This document shows, piece by piece, positions 18,761 through 28,591 of a stretch of 64,000 bases of DNA. The notes under the pieces are model-generated. The model ran no database searches, was not told where the DNA came from, and worked only from the letters and a program-made list of their open reading frames with translations. The stretch is taken from the NCBI GenBank assembly GCA_965219995.1, contig CBDCOX010000002.1, positions 4,768,001 to 4,832,000 on the forward strand, given 5' to 3'. The DNA comes from Candidatus Latescibacterota bacterium. Lineage in GTDB: Bacteria > Latescibacterota > UBA2968 > GCA-2709665. Position 1 is the first letter of the stretch. Each line of letters starts with the position of its first letter. Position numbers and translations under genes: made by a program.

Positions 18761-20970
18761 AACCCGAATCCGATCGCCGCGTTGATCTTGATATCCTTTT
18801 TCTGCGTGCTCACAATATCGACGCGAATGGGTCCCAGAAGCGTTGTGGTGACATAGCCTCCAACTCCGAAACCGTGGATGGGGGTATAATCCTGCTCCGG
18901 ATTTGAACTCATATCATAGAGTCCGCCCTGATAGAAGATCCCGATCCCACTGCGCGGCAGGGATTCCCAGAATTTGACGTGCCTCCATATGGATACGCCG
19001 ACCGATGCGAACCTGGCAGCCCTCAATTCATCCCGCTTGAGTCCGACCACCGGCAATGCCGCGCTGCTGAAATGTCCTGCACCGCCCAATGGGAAGAATT
19101 CAAATACTGGAGCGGGCTGTGTCACATAGCCTCCGTAGGACCAGAGGCCGACACTCCATCCCGACCGGGGACTTGCGTGGAACGCGAATCGGGTTTGAAT
19201 CTGCTTATGTGAAAACGTCCGGTGGACCCACTTCGCGCGTGTCTGAAAATAGACGCCCTGTGTTGGCACCATCGAGTCGTCTCGCGTGTCAATTCCTGCG
19301 GTTAACCATAAGCCGGGCAGGAATTCGGACGCGTCGCCTATCGAACGGGCCGCATAGTGGATACGGGCGTGCTCCAACTGATACCCTGCCTGGAAACCAC
19401 CCCAGCTGTGGAACAACGCCTGCAATCCAAGTCGCGAGCGAAAACGCCTTTCCTTGTACCCGCCCTCACGTTGCCGATTTCGAAAATACAAACGGTCCTG
19501 GTCCCATCCCTGGATCTCCCCGAGCAGACCGAGGCGCCCGGATGTCCTGAAAATCATGACCAGTTCAGCGAAATTCAAATTTCCCACCAGACCGCGAAGG
19601 TGGAGTTCCGATATGCGGCCAAGTGTACTTTGATGCGCAATCTCGCCCAGCACCGAAACCCGGTAATCGTTGTTGTAATGAATCCCCACTTTCAACTCGC
19701 TCGGGGGGTTTTCGAGCACGTGAAAGACCAATTCGGTCTCGCCTTCATGATAGAAGACGTGAAAATCCACCGTCTGAAACAATCCTGTGGCGTGCAACCG
19801 CGCGCACTCGCGTTCGAGTTCCTTAAAGGATATCGGCCTGTTGACGAACTTTTCCAGCCGTACCTTGAACCGGGTCTCCGAATAGCGCTGTACGCCCTCT
19901 ATCCGAACCCGGTCGATTACCACTTCCGGCGGTATATCCGCCCACATATTGATATCGAACTCTTCCGGCAATCTGGACGTTCTTGGTTTTCCGACGCTTC
20001 TTGGTACACCAAGCGTCTGCAATGCGATCCAGATCTCGTCCATTTCCTTTTCAGTTGCCTGTTCACCAATCGGAATCAGGGTATACGACCGATTGAAATC
20101 GCTTCCATCGAAGTTGTGCAGTTCGGGCAATATCAACACATGGGAGCGTTCCCGGTTTGCGATTTTTCTTTCTTCTATCCGAAAACTGACGGCCTGGTCG
20201 ATGACGTCGATAATATCCTGAATTTCCTCTTTTAGTGTACGCAGGGGCGTGGCGCAGTCCACGGCAATGACAAAATCGGCGCCAGCGTCCAATGCGACGT
20301 CCACCGGCAGGTTATTGACGATGCCGCCATCCACGAGATGGGTGTGTTCCGTACTCAGCGGCGCAAACACTCCTGGAACGGAAATGCTCGCTCTGATTGC
20401 AGCACCGAGCGAGCCGTTATCGATCACGACCTGTTCTCCGGACAGAATGTCGGTTGCAATTGCACGAAAAGGCGTTGGTAGTTGATCGAAGTCGTTGCGC
20501 GCCCTGTAGGTTGCGCCAATGGTCAGTTGATTGAGGAATTGATGGATCTTCTGTCCGGCAAAGATTCCATAAGGCAATTTCAGTTTCAGCTCTTCAAGGT
20601 GCAATGCGAGCATCTGACGGTCGGCCATTGGTTTACGGTTCATGTTCGACAGGCGCCGGTCCGGGCTGTTGCTGGTGATCTCCCACCAGTCGGTTTCCAG
20701 GATTACACGCTGGAGATCGTCAACGGAATATCCCGCGGCGTACAGACCCCCAACCAGGGCGCCATAACTTACCCCCACAATCATATCTATAGGTACGCCT
20801 TCGCGCTCCAGTACGCGCAACACGCCGATATGGGCGCCTCCGCGCGCGCCTCCTCCACTGAGTACTAGCGCGACCCGCGGTCTCTCGGCCGCAGACGAAG
20901 GACGCGTGCTGAATACGACGGAAACGGAACACAAAAGGAGCAGACCGAAAACGGTCAGGCGTTGAGTCAT
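18757..20970 (-). CDS. Patatin-like phospholipase + POTRA + Omp85 barrel (PlpD-like, type Vd)
   Basis: LSGGGARG, GVSYG (GxSxG), DGG; POTRA-like 'IDRVRIEG'; barrel ending in GF. Start set at ATG 20970 (signal peptide, GAGG RBS); the track starts at 21069. Confidence 0.85.
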   Translation of the reverse strand: MTQRLTVFGLLLLCSVSVVFSTRPSSAAERPRVALVLSGGGARGGAHIGVLRVLEREGVPIDMIVGVSYGALVGGLYAAGYSVDDLQRVILETDWWEITSNSPDRRLSNMNRKPMADRQMLALHLEELKLKLPYGIFAGQKIHQFLNQLTIGATYRARNDFDQLPTPFRAIATDILSGEQVVIDNGSLGAAIRASISVPGVFAPLSTEHTHLVDGGIVNNLPVDVALDAGADFVIAVDCATPLRTLKEEIQDIIDVIDQAVSFRIEERKIANRERSHVLILPELHNFDGSDFNRSYTLIPIGEQATEKEMDEIWIALQTLGVPRSVGKPRTSRLPEEFDINMWADIPPEVVIDRVRIEGVQRYSETRFKVRLEKFVNRPISFKELERECARLHATGLFQTVDFHVFYHEGETELVFHVLENPPSELKVGIHYNNDYRVSVLGEIAHQSTLGRISELHLRGLVGNLNFAELVMIFRTSGRLGLLGEIQGWDQDRLYFRNRQREGGYKERRFRSRLGLQALFHSWGGFQAGYQLEHARIHYAARSIGDASEFLPGLWLTAGIDTRDDSMVPTQGVYFQTRAKWVHRTFSHKQIQTRFAFHASPRSGWSVGLWSYGGYVTQPAPVFEFFPLGGAGHFSSAALPVVGLKRDELRAARFASVGVSIWRHVKFWESLPRSGIGIFYQGGLYDMSSNPEQDYTPIHGFGVGGYVTTTLLGPIRVDIVSTQKKDIKINAAIGFGF

Positions 20971-21513
20971 CCGACCTCTGGTCGTGTTCGTTATCTCGTC
21001 CGACATCCGGTTGCCCGTTTCAAATGTAATGGTTCGGTTTTGACGTCGCATAACGCGAAAATCCAACAATCGCCTCGCGAAAAGCGCAGATTCCCAATCG
21101 GGAACGACGTATATTCAAGATAGTTAACGGTGTGTTTCAATTGCAAGCCCTTCATGGCTGCAAGGACACAGAGAACGGTACCGGTTTGCACGCTTTGGAA
21201 CCCGGTTGGAGCTTAAACGACGTTCGATATATTCTTCGGCATATAGAATCCCCTGAAAGCCCTAAAGATGTCAAGGTTGAAGGTTTGTCGAATGGTACTG
21301 AATTTGTCCCGGATTCCACTTTATCGCCGTTAATGGTCGATTTGTTTCGATGTTGCGTTGCTTTCGTCGGAAATGCGCAGGATCGAGCAGGTCGGATGAA
21401 CATCCGATCCGGAACAGGATTGGTTGACTGAGGCGGATTCGACGCTCGTCCCTCCGGGTTTTTCGCTCCCTTGAATTCAAACAGTGTCCGGAACTCCCGG
21501 CTGGAGGTAGAAT

Positions 21514-24500
21514 ATGGAAAACCTTGCGTTGCACAGCAACGGCAGCCGGCCGTACGTGAGCAGTATTTCTTACAACCACCACGCGTCCAGGATCAACGAC
21601 GGAATCCTGCCGACTGACGAGGCGTCCACGAGCGATACGGCCTGGGTTTCGGCGTCCGAATCCCTGCCGCAATGGGCTACGGTTGTGTTTTCAAGGGTCG
21701 CCCGGGTTGACCGCGTGGCGATTTACTGGGGGACGGGGCGGCTGCCCGAATCCTCACGCCGGATCGAAGTTCAGGGTCGTATTGAGGGTGCGTGGGTCAC
21801 CCTTTCGGCGCGGGAAATCCGGGCGCCCGAGCCAAAAACCGAGTTGGTTTTCGAACCTGTTCAGGTTGAAGCAGTGCGGATCTGGCAGGACGCGGACGGA
21901 GGCCCGGAATCGACGCCGGGCCGGATGCACGTCGCGCAGCTGGAAGCGTACGGCGAGTTCGTGGAAGGTCGAGCGGTGGATTTTCCGGGAATCCGGGACG
22001 CACTCAGGGAGGAGTGGGAACGCAATTTTTGGCAGGCGCGGCGGGAGATTACACGGGAGGTCCTGGAACGGATCGACCGGTCCCCCGCGCGCCGGTCTGC
22101 GACCGGACCGGTGGGGGTTGACGAAATCGCGCGGGCGCGGCGCAACCGTGCGTCCACGGCGTGGGGAAGGGCACAGGCGGAGAAGATCCTTGAGGACGCG
22201 TCGTGGTGGCTGGACAAGGACGATGAATTCATCTACCGGTTCATACCCACGCAGAATCCGCGTGCGATTTCGCCGAGTTACGAGCGGGGTTGTCCGATCC
22301 ACGGCGGCGGCCGCAAGTGCATGCGGACGAATACGGCGCTGGAGTACCGGTGGCAATGCGTCATTGGCGGGGAGTGGTGGTACAACGGTGCGGTCGTGGA
22401 CAATCCGGTCACGGGTGAGCCGGTGGAAGTGCTTGACGACGACGACGGATGGACCGCGCCCGAGGGGTTCGCCCATCCGGGGACGATTTATCACTTCAAT
22501 TCCGCGTGGCGATATTATGTGCTTACAAAGCTGTTCTTTCATCCTTACGAATTGACGGTCCCGTCCGGGGATGCCTATACCGGCGACAGGGCCATTCTGC
22601 AGTTGTCGCGCGCCTATGCAATTACAGGAGATGAGCGGTACGCCCACAAAGCCGGCGTAATGCTGAACCGGCTGGCGGAGGTCTACCGGTACTACAACGG
22701 AACGGTGGACGAACAACGCCCGCTGACCCGCGGCTATGTAGTGCAGGTGAGCTGGGAAGAAATGCTGATCTATAACTGTATGTCGGCCTGCGACCTTGTG
22801 ATGGACTCGATGTTGAAAGACGAAGCGCTCCTGGCCTTCTTCAGGGCAAAGGGCGACTGCGACTACAACGGGGACGGGCGCGTGGATTTCGAGGACATAC
22901 GCTACAATATCCGGCACAACCTGTTCGGCTATATGTACGAGTGGCTGCACCGCGCCATGGCGATCCAGACCGGGGATTACATCATCCGGGAAGGGCTGGT
23001 GCTCTGGGCGCTGGGCGAAATGCTCGGTAATGAGGAACTGGTAGACGAAGCCATCGAAGGTCGGTACGGGCTGGCCGTGAATTTGACCAACAACACGTTC
23101 CGCGACGGAAAGTGGTGGTACGACGCGCCCGGCTACTCGGTCAGTTCGATTACGCGGACGATTCTGGACCGGTTGTGTTCAATGAAGGGCACGGAACGGC
23201 TCCGGGATCCCCGCCTTCGGATTCGCGAGTCCATTGAGTTCGCCCGGAACATATACTGCGATGGCCGGATTCCCGCCATCGGCGATACCGGCGGCGGCGA
23301 CTCCAGGAAGAAGGTGCTGGATCCGCTCGCGAACTGCGATGTTGAAGAACTGGCATACATCCACACCGGTGACGACGAGTATCGGAACCGACTGCTCGCG
23401 CTTTCGAAAGGCGCTGTCAACGGGGCCAGGGCGCGATATGCCGATGCGAACCTGCTGTTTCACGCGGATGCGGTAACCGGGACCGCCGCCCCGCATGTGC
23501 CGTGCACGACGCTATTCCACGACTCAGGCATCGCGATCCTCAGAACGGGGAGCGAAGTAACGACGAGGAAGCATCTGGTTCTGAACTTCGGAAAGGGCAG
23601 CGGCGGACACGGGCACCGGGACAAGCTGTCAATCAACCTGATTGCGTTCGGGTACGATCTGGCGTGCGATCTGGGGTATCCGACGACGTTTACGCACAAG
23701 AAGGTGGACGGGTGGGAGAAGCATACCGCCAGCCATGCGACCGTATGCATCGACGGCCGGGCACAGGAGATCGCCACGGGCAGCCTGCGGTTCTTCGGAC
23801 GAACGCCGGGAATGCAGGCCGTCTGCGCATCCGGAGAACGGGCGTATCCGGGATGCGCCGGGGTGTACGAGCGGACGCTTGTTATGGTGGATGCGCCGGG
23901 ATCCGACACGTATGTCTTTGATCTGTTCCGCGTCCAGGGAGGCGCGACCCACGACTATATGTTCCGGAGTCTGAGCGGGGACGACGGCGAGGGCTTCAGT
24001 ACGGAGTTTCCCGCCGGGACGAAGACGGTGCGCCAGCCCCGGGGTACGGCGGCCGGGGAGGACGTCGCGTTCGGGACATTGCCGGGTCCGGGATATATCA
24101 AGGATGTCAGCCGGACGTTCTGTTCGGGCACGTGGTCGGCCACGTGGGGGGCGGGGGACGAGGACAGTACGGGCATCCGTCTGACGATGCTGGGGAATCC
24201 CGGCCGGGAGATTATCAACGGAAAGGGAGAAGGATTCGGATTTTTCGGCCAGAGCCCGTGGGATGCCTGTGTGGCGGTGAGACAATCGACCGAAGGCGGC
24301 GAGTCGATCTTTGGGGGCGTGCTGGAGCCGTTCCAGGTCGACCCGTTCGTCAGGTCGGTGAAAGCCTTGGACGTGTCCGGCGGTATCGGCGCAATGGTAT
24401 GCCTGGATGGCAGAACCGATTACCTGCTTCGCAGGTTGGCGGAGGGGGAAGTCTGTACTGCTGAAATCGACGGAGCACCGGTGACATTCGACGCGGAAGT

Positions 24501-25149
24501 GGCAAGGGTTACCGTGTATGAGTCGGGCGGGTGCGACTTGCACATCCTGCATGGAATCTGGCTGCAATTCGGGGACGAGGTCCTGGAAGGCGGCGCCTTG
24601 CCGCTCGGCAGGGTGGATACCGTCGATCCGGGAGGCGATTCGGTCGTTTTGGACCTGGATTCGGGAGACGGGATCGTGGAAGGGGATGTGGTCGTATTCA
24701 ACAATCCGGACTATACGTGCAATTCCAGCTACGAGGTTGCCACCGCCGAAGCGATGGATGGAAACCGGTTCAGAATCGGGTTAAGCATGTCCCTGAACCT
24801 GTCGGAAGGCGTGGTACGAGCGGTAGACAGAGAGCGCGGGTTATTTGCAACGGACACGTGCATGACCAAGCTGGAAGCGTGTCCGGGTGGTCTGTTCGAC
24901 GGGAAGGCGGTCCACTCGGCGGGCAGAGCCCTCGGCGCGATCGAAACCGCGGGGAAAGACATCCTCGGGCCGGAAGAACGGACATTCGCGAGCGGGACGG
25001 GCGGCGGGAGTGCGTCTTTGAGCTGTTTCAGGTTCCTGGATCCGCGCTCGGCGTCGGGGTTGAACGTGGGGGACCGGTTCCTGGTGTGCGACCTGACCGC
25101 AGGCGACCGGTTCGAGGTGATGCGATCGGCATTCAGGACCGTCGCGTGA
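21514..25149 (+). CDS. Heparinase II/III-family lyase-like protein with N-terminal discoidin (F5/8 type C)-like domain
   Basis: INDG...W and PQW discoidin pattern; AYAITGDERYA toroid motif; PAIGD, GHGHRDKLS and HTASHATVCIDG. GGAGG RBS. Confidence 0.8.
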   Translation: MENLALHSNGSRPYVSSISYNHHASRINDGILPTDEASTSDTAWVSASESLPQWATVVFSRVARVDRVAIYWGTGRLPESSRRIEVQGRIEGAWVTLSAREIRAPEPKTELVFEPVQVEAVRIWQDADGGPESTPGRMHVAQLEAYGEFVEGRAVDFPGIRDALREEWERNFWQARREITREVLERIDRSPARRSATGPVGVDEIARARRNRASTAWGRAQAEKILEDASWWLDKDDEFIYRFIPTQNPRAISPSYERGCPIHGGGRKCMRTNTALEYRWQCVIGGEWWYNGAVVDNPVTGEPVEVLDDDDGWTAPEGFAHPGTIYHFNSAWRYYVLTKLFFHPYELTVPSGDAYTGDRAILQLSRAYAITGDERYAHKAGVMLNRLAEVYRYYNGTVDEQRPLTRGYVVQVSWEEMLIYNCMSACDLVMDSMLKDEALLAFFRAKGDCDYNGDGRVDFEDIRYNIRHNLFGYMYEWLHRAMAIQTGDYIIREGLVLWALGEMLGNEELVDEAIEGRYGLAVNLTNNTFRDGKWWYDAPGYSVSSITRTILDRLCSMKGTERLRDPRLRIRESIEFARNIYCDGRIPAIGDTGGGDSRKKVLDPLANCDVEELAYIHTGDDEYRNRLLALSKGAVNGARARYADANLLFHADAVTGTAAPHVPCTTLFHDSGIAILRTGSEVTTRKHLVLNFGKGSGGHGHRDKLSINLIAFGYDLACDLGYPTTFTHKKVDGWEKHTASHATVCIDGRAQEIATGSLRFFGRTPGMQAVCASGERAYPGCAGVYERTLVMVDAPGSDTYVFDLFRVQGGATHDYMFRSLSGDDGEGFSTEFPAGTKTVRQPRGTAAGEDVAFGTLPGPGYIKDVSRTFCSGTWSATWGAGDEDSTGIRLTMLGNPGREIINGKGEGFGFFGQSPWDACVAVRQSTEGGESIFGGVLEPFQVDPFVRSVKALDVSGGIGAMVCLDGRTDYLLRRLAEGEVCTAEIDGAPVTFDAEVARVTVYESGGCDLHILHGIWLQFGDEVLEGGALPLGRVDTVDPGGDSVVLDLDSGDGIVEGDVVVFNNPDYTCNSSYEVATAEAMDGNRFRIGLSMSLNLSEGVVRAVDRERGLFATDTCMTKLEACPGGLFDGKAVHSAGRALGAIETAGKDILGPEERTFASGTGGGSASLSCFRFLDPRSASGLNVGDRFLVCDLTAGDRFEVMRSAFRTVA

Positions 25150-25344
25150 ACAATGACAAAGAAAACGGCCATTACCAGAGGCCCCAAGGTAGTGGTATCT
25201 GCGGGCTGAGGACCGATTGGACGATTCTCAGGTGCCGCTAAAGGTTGGCTACCTCTGGTGCCTGGGCAATGGCTTGCAAGACAAGATAGATCCGGGCAAT
25301 TGGGAAGTCAACAGTAAATCGTCGATCCAACCGCTGCACCGGTA

Positions 25345-25565
25345 AAGGCGGGGAGACGGAAGAGGGTAGACGGTAGTTAAAGGCGGTGAGACGTAAGACG
25401 GTAGACGGTAGAAGACGTCCTTGCCCGATTGATTCTACCTTAATGCCTCTGGCAAGATGTAAAACCACGCGGGGCACACAATATCTCACGTCTCCCGTCT
25501 AACGTCTACCCGTTCTTCAGGCATTCATTGCCTCTCCCCTCTTACGTCTATCGTCTCCCCGCCTT
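25345..25565. repeat. Heptamer-armed palindromic element, copy A
   Basis: Perfect 14-bp terminal IR AAGGCGGGGAGACG/CGTCTCCCCGCCTT; arms of GTAGACG/GTGAGAC-like 7-mers and their complements. Confidence 0.75.
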
Positions 25566-25594
25566 CGCCAGAGGTCTGCGCCATCGATCAATTC

Positions 25595-25619
25595 GTAGGG
25601 GCAACCCTTGTGGTTGCCC
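25595..25619 (+). repeat. GTAG-type REP
   Basis: GTAG followed by the imperfect palindrome GGGCAACCCTTGTGGTTGCCC. Confidence 0.75.
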
Positions 25620-25683
25620 GCCTTTCGACTGTTTCTCTTCGTGTCTTTGTGTCTCCGTGTGAGCTGATTCCTGTCCGGACGGG

Positions 25684-26310
25684 TCACACGGTCCGGATAA
25701 GGGCGATCAGGTCCCGGGTTGCGGCTTCCGGACCGGCCTGGCAGCAGACAGCCGATATGACTGCGACGCCGTGTGCCCCCGACCGTACCACGTCTGCCGC
25801 GTTCCCGGCGCCGATACCGCCGATGGCGACTACCGGCGCAGGGACGGCGCGGGCGAAGTCGGCCAGCTTTTTCAGTCCCTGCGCTTCGCCGGCGTCGCTC
25901 TTGGACCCGGTGGGAAAGACAGGCCCGAATCCCACGTAGTCCGCGCCGTCCGCGATGCCGCGGCGGGCTTCGTCTAGACTGCCGGCGGACACGCCGATGA
26001 TCCGCCCGGTCCCAAGGAGACGCCTGGCGAGCGCGACCGGGAAATCGTCCTGTCCCAGGTGTACGCCGTCGGCTTCCGCGGCGAGGGCGACGTCGACGCG
26101 GTCGTTGACAATGAGGGGGACGCCCAACCGCGAACAGGTATTCCGCATGGTGCGCGCGGTCTCGATCATGTCGCGGGTGTGTCCGGTTTTCTGCCGGTAC
26201 TGCACGGTGTCCGCACCGCCGTCGACGGCCATGCGTGCAAGATCGGCATGGGTGTGGCGGGTCTGAAGGACGGTATCCGTGAGTACGTGGAGTGCCCCGA
26301 TTTTCTTCAT
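25684..26310 (-). CDS. thiE: Thiamine-phosphate synthase
   Basis: VQYRQK, IVNDR, GVHLGQDD, GPVFPTGSK, VAIGGI. ATG 26310 overlaps the thiD stop. Confidence 0.92.
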   Translation of the reverse strand: MKKIGALHVLTDTVLQTRHTHADLARMAVDGGADTVQYRQKTGHTRDMIETARTMRNTCSRLGVPLIVNDRVDVALAAEADGVHLGQDDFPVALARRLLGTGRIIGVSAGSLDEARRGIADGADYVGFGPVFPTGSKSDAGEAQGLKKLADFARAVPAPVVAIGGIGAGNAADVVRSGAHGVAVISAVCCQAGPEAATRDLIALIRTV

Positions 26311-27104
26311 CTGTCGCCGTCGAGAAAGTAGAAGTGATGGGTGGGTCCGCGGCCCCCGCCAATGTCGAGTCCGCGGCGAATGGCTTCGGTTACGTACGTC
26401 TTGGCGTTTTCGACGGCGGATATGACGTCGCAGCCCTTCGCGAGGTTCGCCGCGATCGCGGCCGATAGAGTGCAACCCGTACCGTGCGTGTTCCGGGCCG
26501 CAATTCGTCCTCGTGAAAAAACGGTGATTTCGGAACCGTCGTAAAGTACGTCCACCGAGGCGTCGTGATCGCACAGATGCCCGCCTTTCACGAGCACGGC
26601 CCCGGGGCCGGCATCGAAGATGACGCGGGCAGCCGTCTTCATGTGATCCAGGGTGTCGACGGGCATCCCGGCCAGAAACCCGGCTTCGCGCAGGTTGGGC
26701 GTAACGAGCGCGGCCAGGGGAAGGAGGCGTTCTTTCAGGCCGCGAACGGCTTCGGGTTCAAGCAGTCTGGCGCCGCTGGAGGAGACCATCACCGGGTCGA
26801 CGACGACGTTGGGCGCGCGAAATCCGGCGAGTCTGTCGGCGACGACGTTGACCACCCGTTCCGAAGACAGCATCCCGGTCTTCACCGCGGATACGTCGAA
26901 GTCATCGAATAACGCATCGATCTGGGATTCGACGAGGTCTGCCGGCAGTTCGAACGACTGCCTGACCTCTCTCGTGTTCTGTGCGGTCACCGCAGTGACA
27001 ACCGAGAGGCCGTAAACGCCGTTGGCGTGAAAGGACTTGAGGTCGGCCTGGATACCCGCGCCGCCGCCAGGGTCGGAACCGGCAATGGTGAGGACCTGTT
27101 TCAT
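26307..27104 (-). CDS. thiD: Hydroxymethylpyrimidine/phosphomethylpyrimidine kinase
   Basis: LTIAGSDPGGGAGIQADLK, KTGML, VDPVM, VKGGH, NTHGTGCTLSAA. Confidence 0.96.
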   Translation of the reverse strand: MKQVLTIAGSDPGGGAGIQADLKSFHANGVYGLSVVTAVTAQNTREVRQSFELPADLVESQIDALFDDFDVSAVKTGMLSSERVVNVVADRLAGFRAPNVVVDPVMVSSSGARLLEPEAVRGLKERLLPLAALVTPNLREAGFLAGMPVDTLDHMKTAARVIFDAGPGAVLVKGGHLCDHDASVDVLYDGSEITVFSRGRIAARNTHGTGCTLSAAIAANLAKGCDVISAVENAKTYVTEAIRRGLDIGGGRGPTHHFYFLDGDR

Positions 27105-27766
27105 GACGGCTGCGGATGACCTGGGCCGGGTGCGGATGCCCAGGCCTCAATATAGCCGGTCACGGCAGACGGGACATCATCCGCGGCGAGGATTCCGGAC
27201 ATAACGGCAGCGCCCGCGGCGCCGTTTTCCTTGCAGGCGGCGACCCGTCCGGGTGTGATACCGCCCAGGGCGTAAACGGGAAGGGATGACCATTCCGTGG
27301 CGCGGCGCAGGGCCCCGGCCCCCGCGCCGGGACCGGTTCCCGGTTTCGAACCCGGACTGTAGATCGGGCCGAAAGTGATAAAGTCGGCGCCGTCGGCCTC
27401 CCTGCATTCCTCCCGGTTGTGGGTTGAACGGCCGATGAGCAGATGGTCTCCGTATTGCTGACGAATTCTCGATGGGGCGGGTCCGTATGCCGGAAGATGG
27501 ACGCCGGCCGCGCCGATGTCCCGCGCGAGCCCGGCATGCGTGTTGACGAGCAGGCGCGCGTCGTAGTCTTCGACACGTCGCTGAAGGCGCGCCGCCAGCC
27601 GACGGAGCTTGCGCATTTCAAGTTGCTTTTCCCGCAGCTGGACGAGGCGGACACCGGCGTCCAGCGCCTCCGCGAAAACGTCCTCCAGGTCACGGGGCGC
27701 ACACGTTTCCCGATCTGCAATGAGATAGAGGGTCGGAAGGTGCTTCGCGTGCGGAGTTTCATTCAT
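27101..27766 (-). CDS. Second, divergent ThiE/TenI-family protein
   Basis: VQLREK, GVHLP, GRSTH, GPIY, YALGGI. ATG 27766 overlaps the thiG stop. Confidence 0.8.
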   Translation of the reverse strand: MNETPHAKHLPTLYLIADRETCAPRDLEDVFAEALDAGVRLVQLREKQLEMRKLRRLAARLQRRVEDYDARLLVNTHAGLARDIGAAGVHLPAYGPAPSRIRQQYGDHLLIGRSTHNREECREADGADFITFGPIYSPGSKPGTGPGAGAGALRRATEWSSLPVYALGGITPGRVAACKENGAAGAAVMSGILAADDVPSAVTGYIEAWASAPGPGHPQPS

Positions 27767-28538
27767 GGCCGGCCACGCCCTCCATCGGCGTGGAAGCGGT
27801 GGCGTAGAGCTTTTGGGGGATGCGCCCGGCCTCGTACGCAAGACGGCCCGCGCGGACCGCCTGACCCATGGCTTCGGCCATCACTACCGGGCGGCGGGCG
27901 CCGGCCACGGCCGTATTCAGCATCACGCCGGCGCAGCCGAGCTCCATCGCCTCCGCGGCATCGGAGGCAGTGCCCACCCCGGCGTCCACGATCACGGGGA
28001 GGTCGACCGTGTCCAGGATGATGCGGAGATTGTAGGGGTTGCGAATGCCCATTCCGGAGCCGATGGGCGCGCCGAGGGGCATGATAGCGGCACAGCCGGC
28101 GTCTTCCAGCTTCTTACAGGTTACGGGGTCGTCGTTGCAGTAGGGCAGCACCGTGAATCCGTCCTGAATCAACTCGTTCGCCGCTTCCAGCAATCCCGCA
28201 ACGTCCGGAAAGAGGGTGTTCTCGTCTCCGATGACCTCCAGCTTGATCAGATCGGTATCCAGGGCTTCGCGCGCGAGCCTGGCCGTGAGCACGGCGTCCC
28301 GGGCGGTGAAGCATCCCGCGGTATTGGGCAGCAGCGTGAACCGGTTGCGGTCGATCAGATCGACCAGGCTTTCGCCGGATGGGTCGTTCAGGTTGATCCG
28401 GCGGATGCCTACGGTCACGATATCCGCACCGCTGGCGCGGATGGCGTCCAGCATAACCTGCATATTGGGGTACCGCGCCGTTCCGATAATGAGACGGGAA
28501 TCGTAGATCGTGCCGGCAATGGTCAGACCATCAGACAT
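27759..28538 (-). CDS. thiG: Thiazole synthase
   Basis: [38 protein letters not shown]. Start at ATG 28538 after GAGGGG. Confidence 0.96.
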   Translation of the reverse strand: MSDGLTIAGTIYDSRLIIGTARYPNMQVMLDAIRASGADIVTVGIRRINLNDPSGESLVDLIDRNRFTLLPNTAGCFTARDAVLTARLAREALDTDLIKLEVIGDENTLFPDVAGLLEAANELIQDGFTVLPYCNDDPVTCKKLEDAGCAAIMPLGAPIGSGMGIRNPYNLRIILDTVDLPVIVDAGVGTASDAAEAMELGCAGVMLNTAVAGARRPVVMAEAMGQAVRAGRLAYEAGRIPQKLYATASTPMEGVAGHE

Positions 28539-28591
28539 ATTCCCCTCGTTGAATCGTGTCTCGGACACGCGGGTATCGCGCTTTCGGGCAA

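Noticed and set aside
21132-21431. Short ORFs in the patatin-heparinase intergenic region
   Set aside because: No RBS, atypical composition and no motifs; likely divergent promoter DNA.
25345-25565. CRISPR array interpretation of the heptamer repeats
   Set aside because: No constant 23-47-bp repeat with regular unique spacers, and no cas genes.
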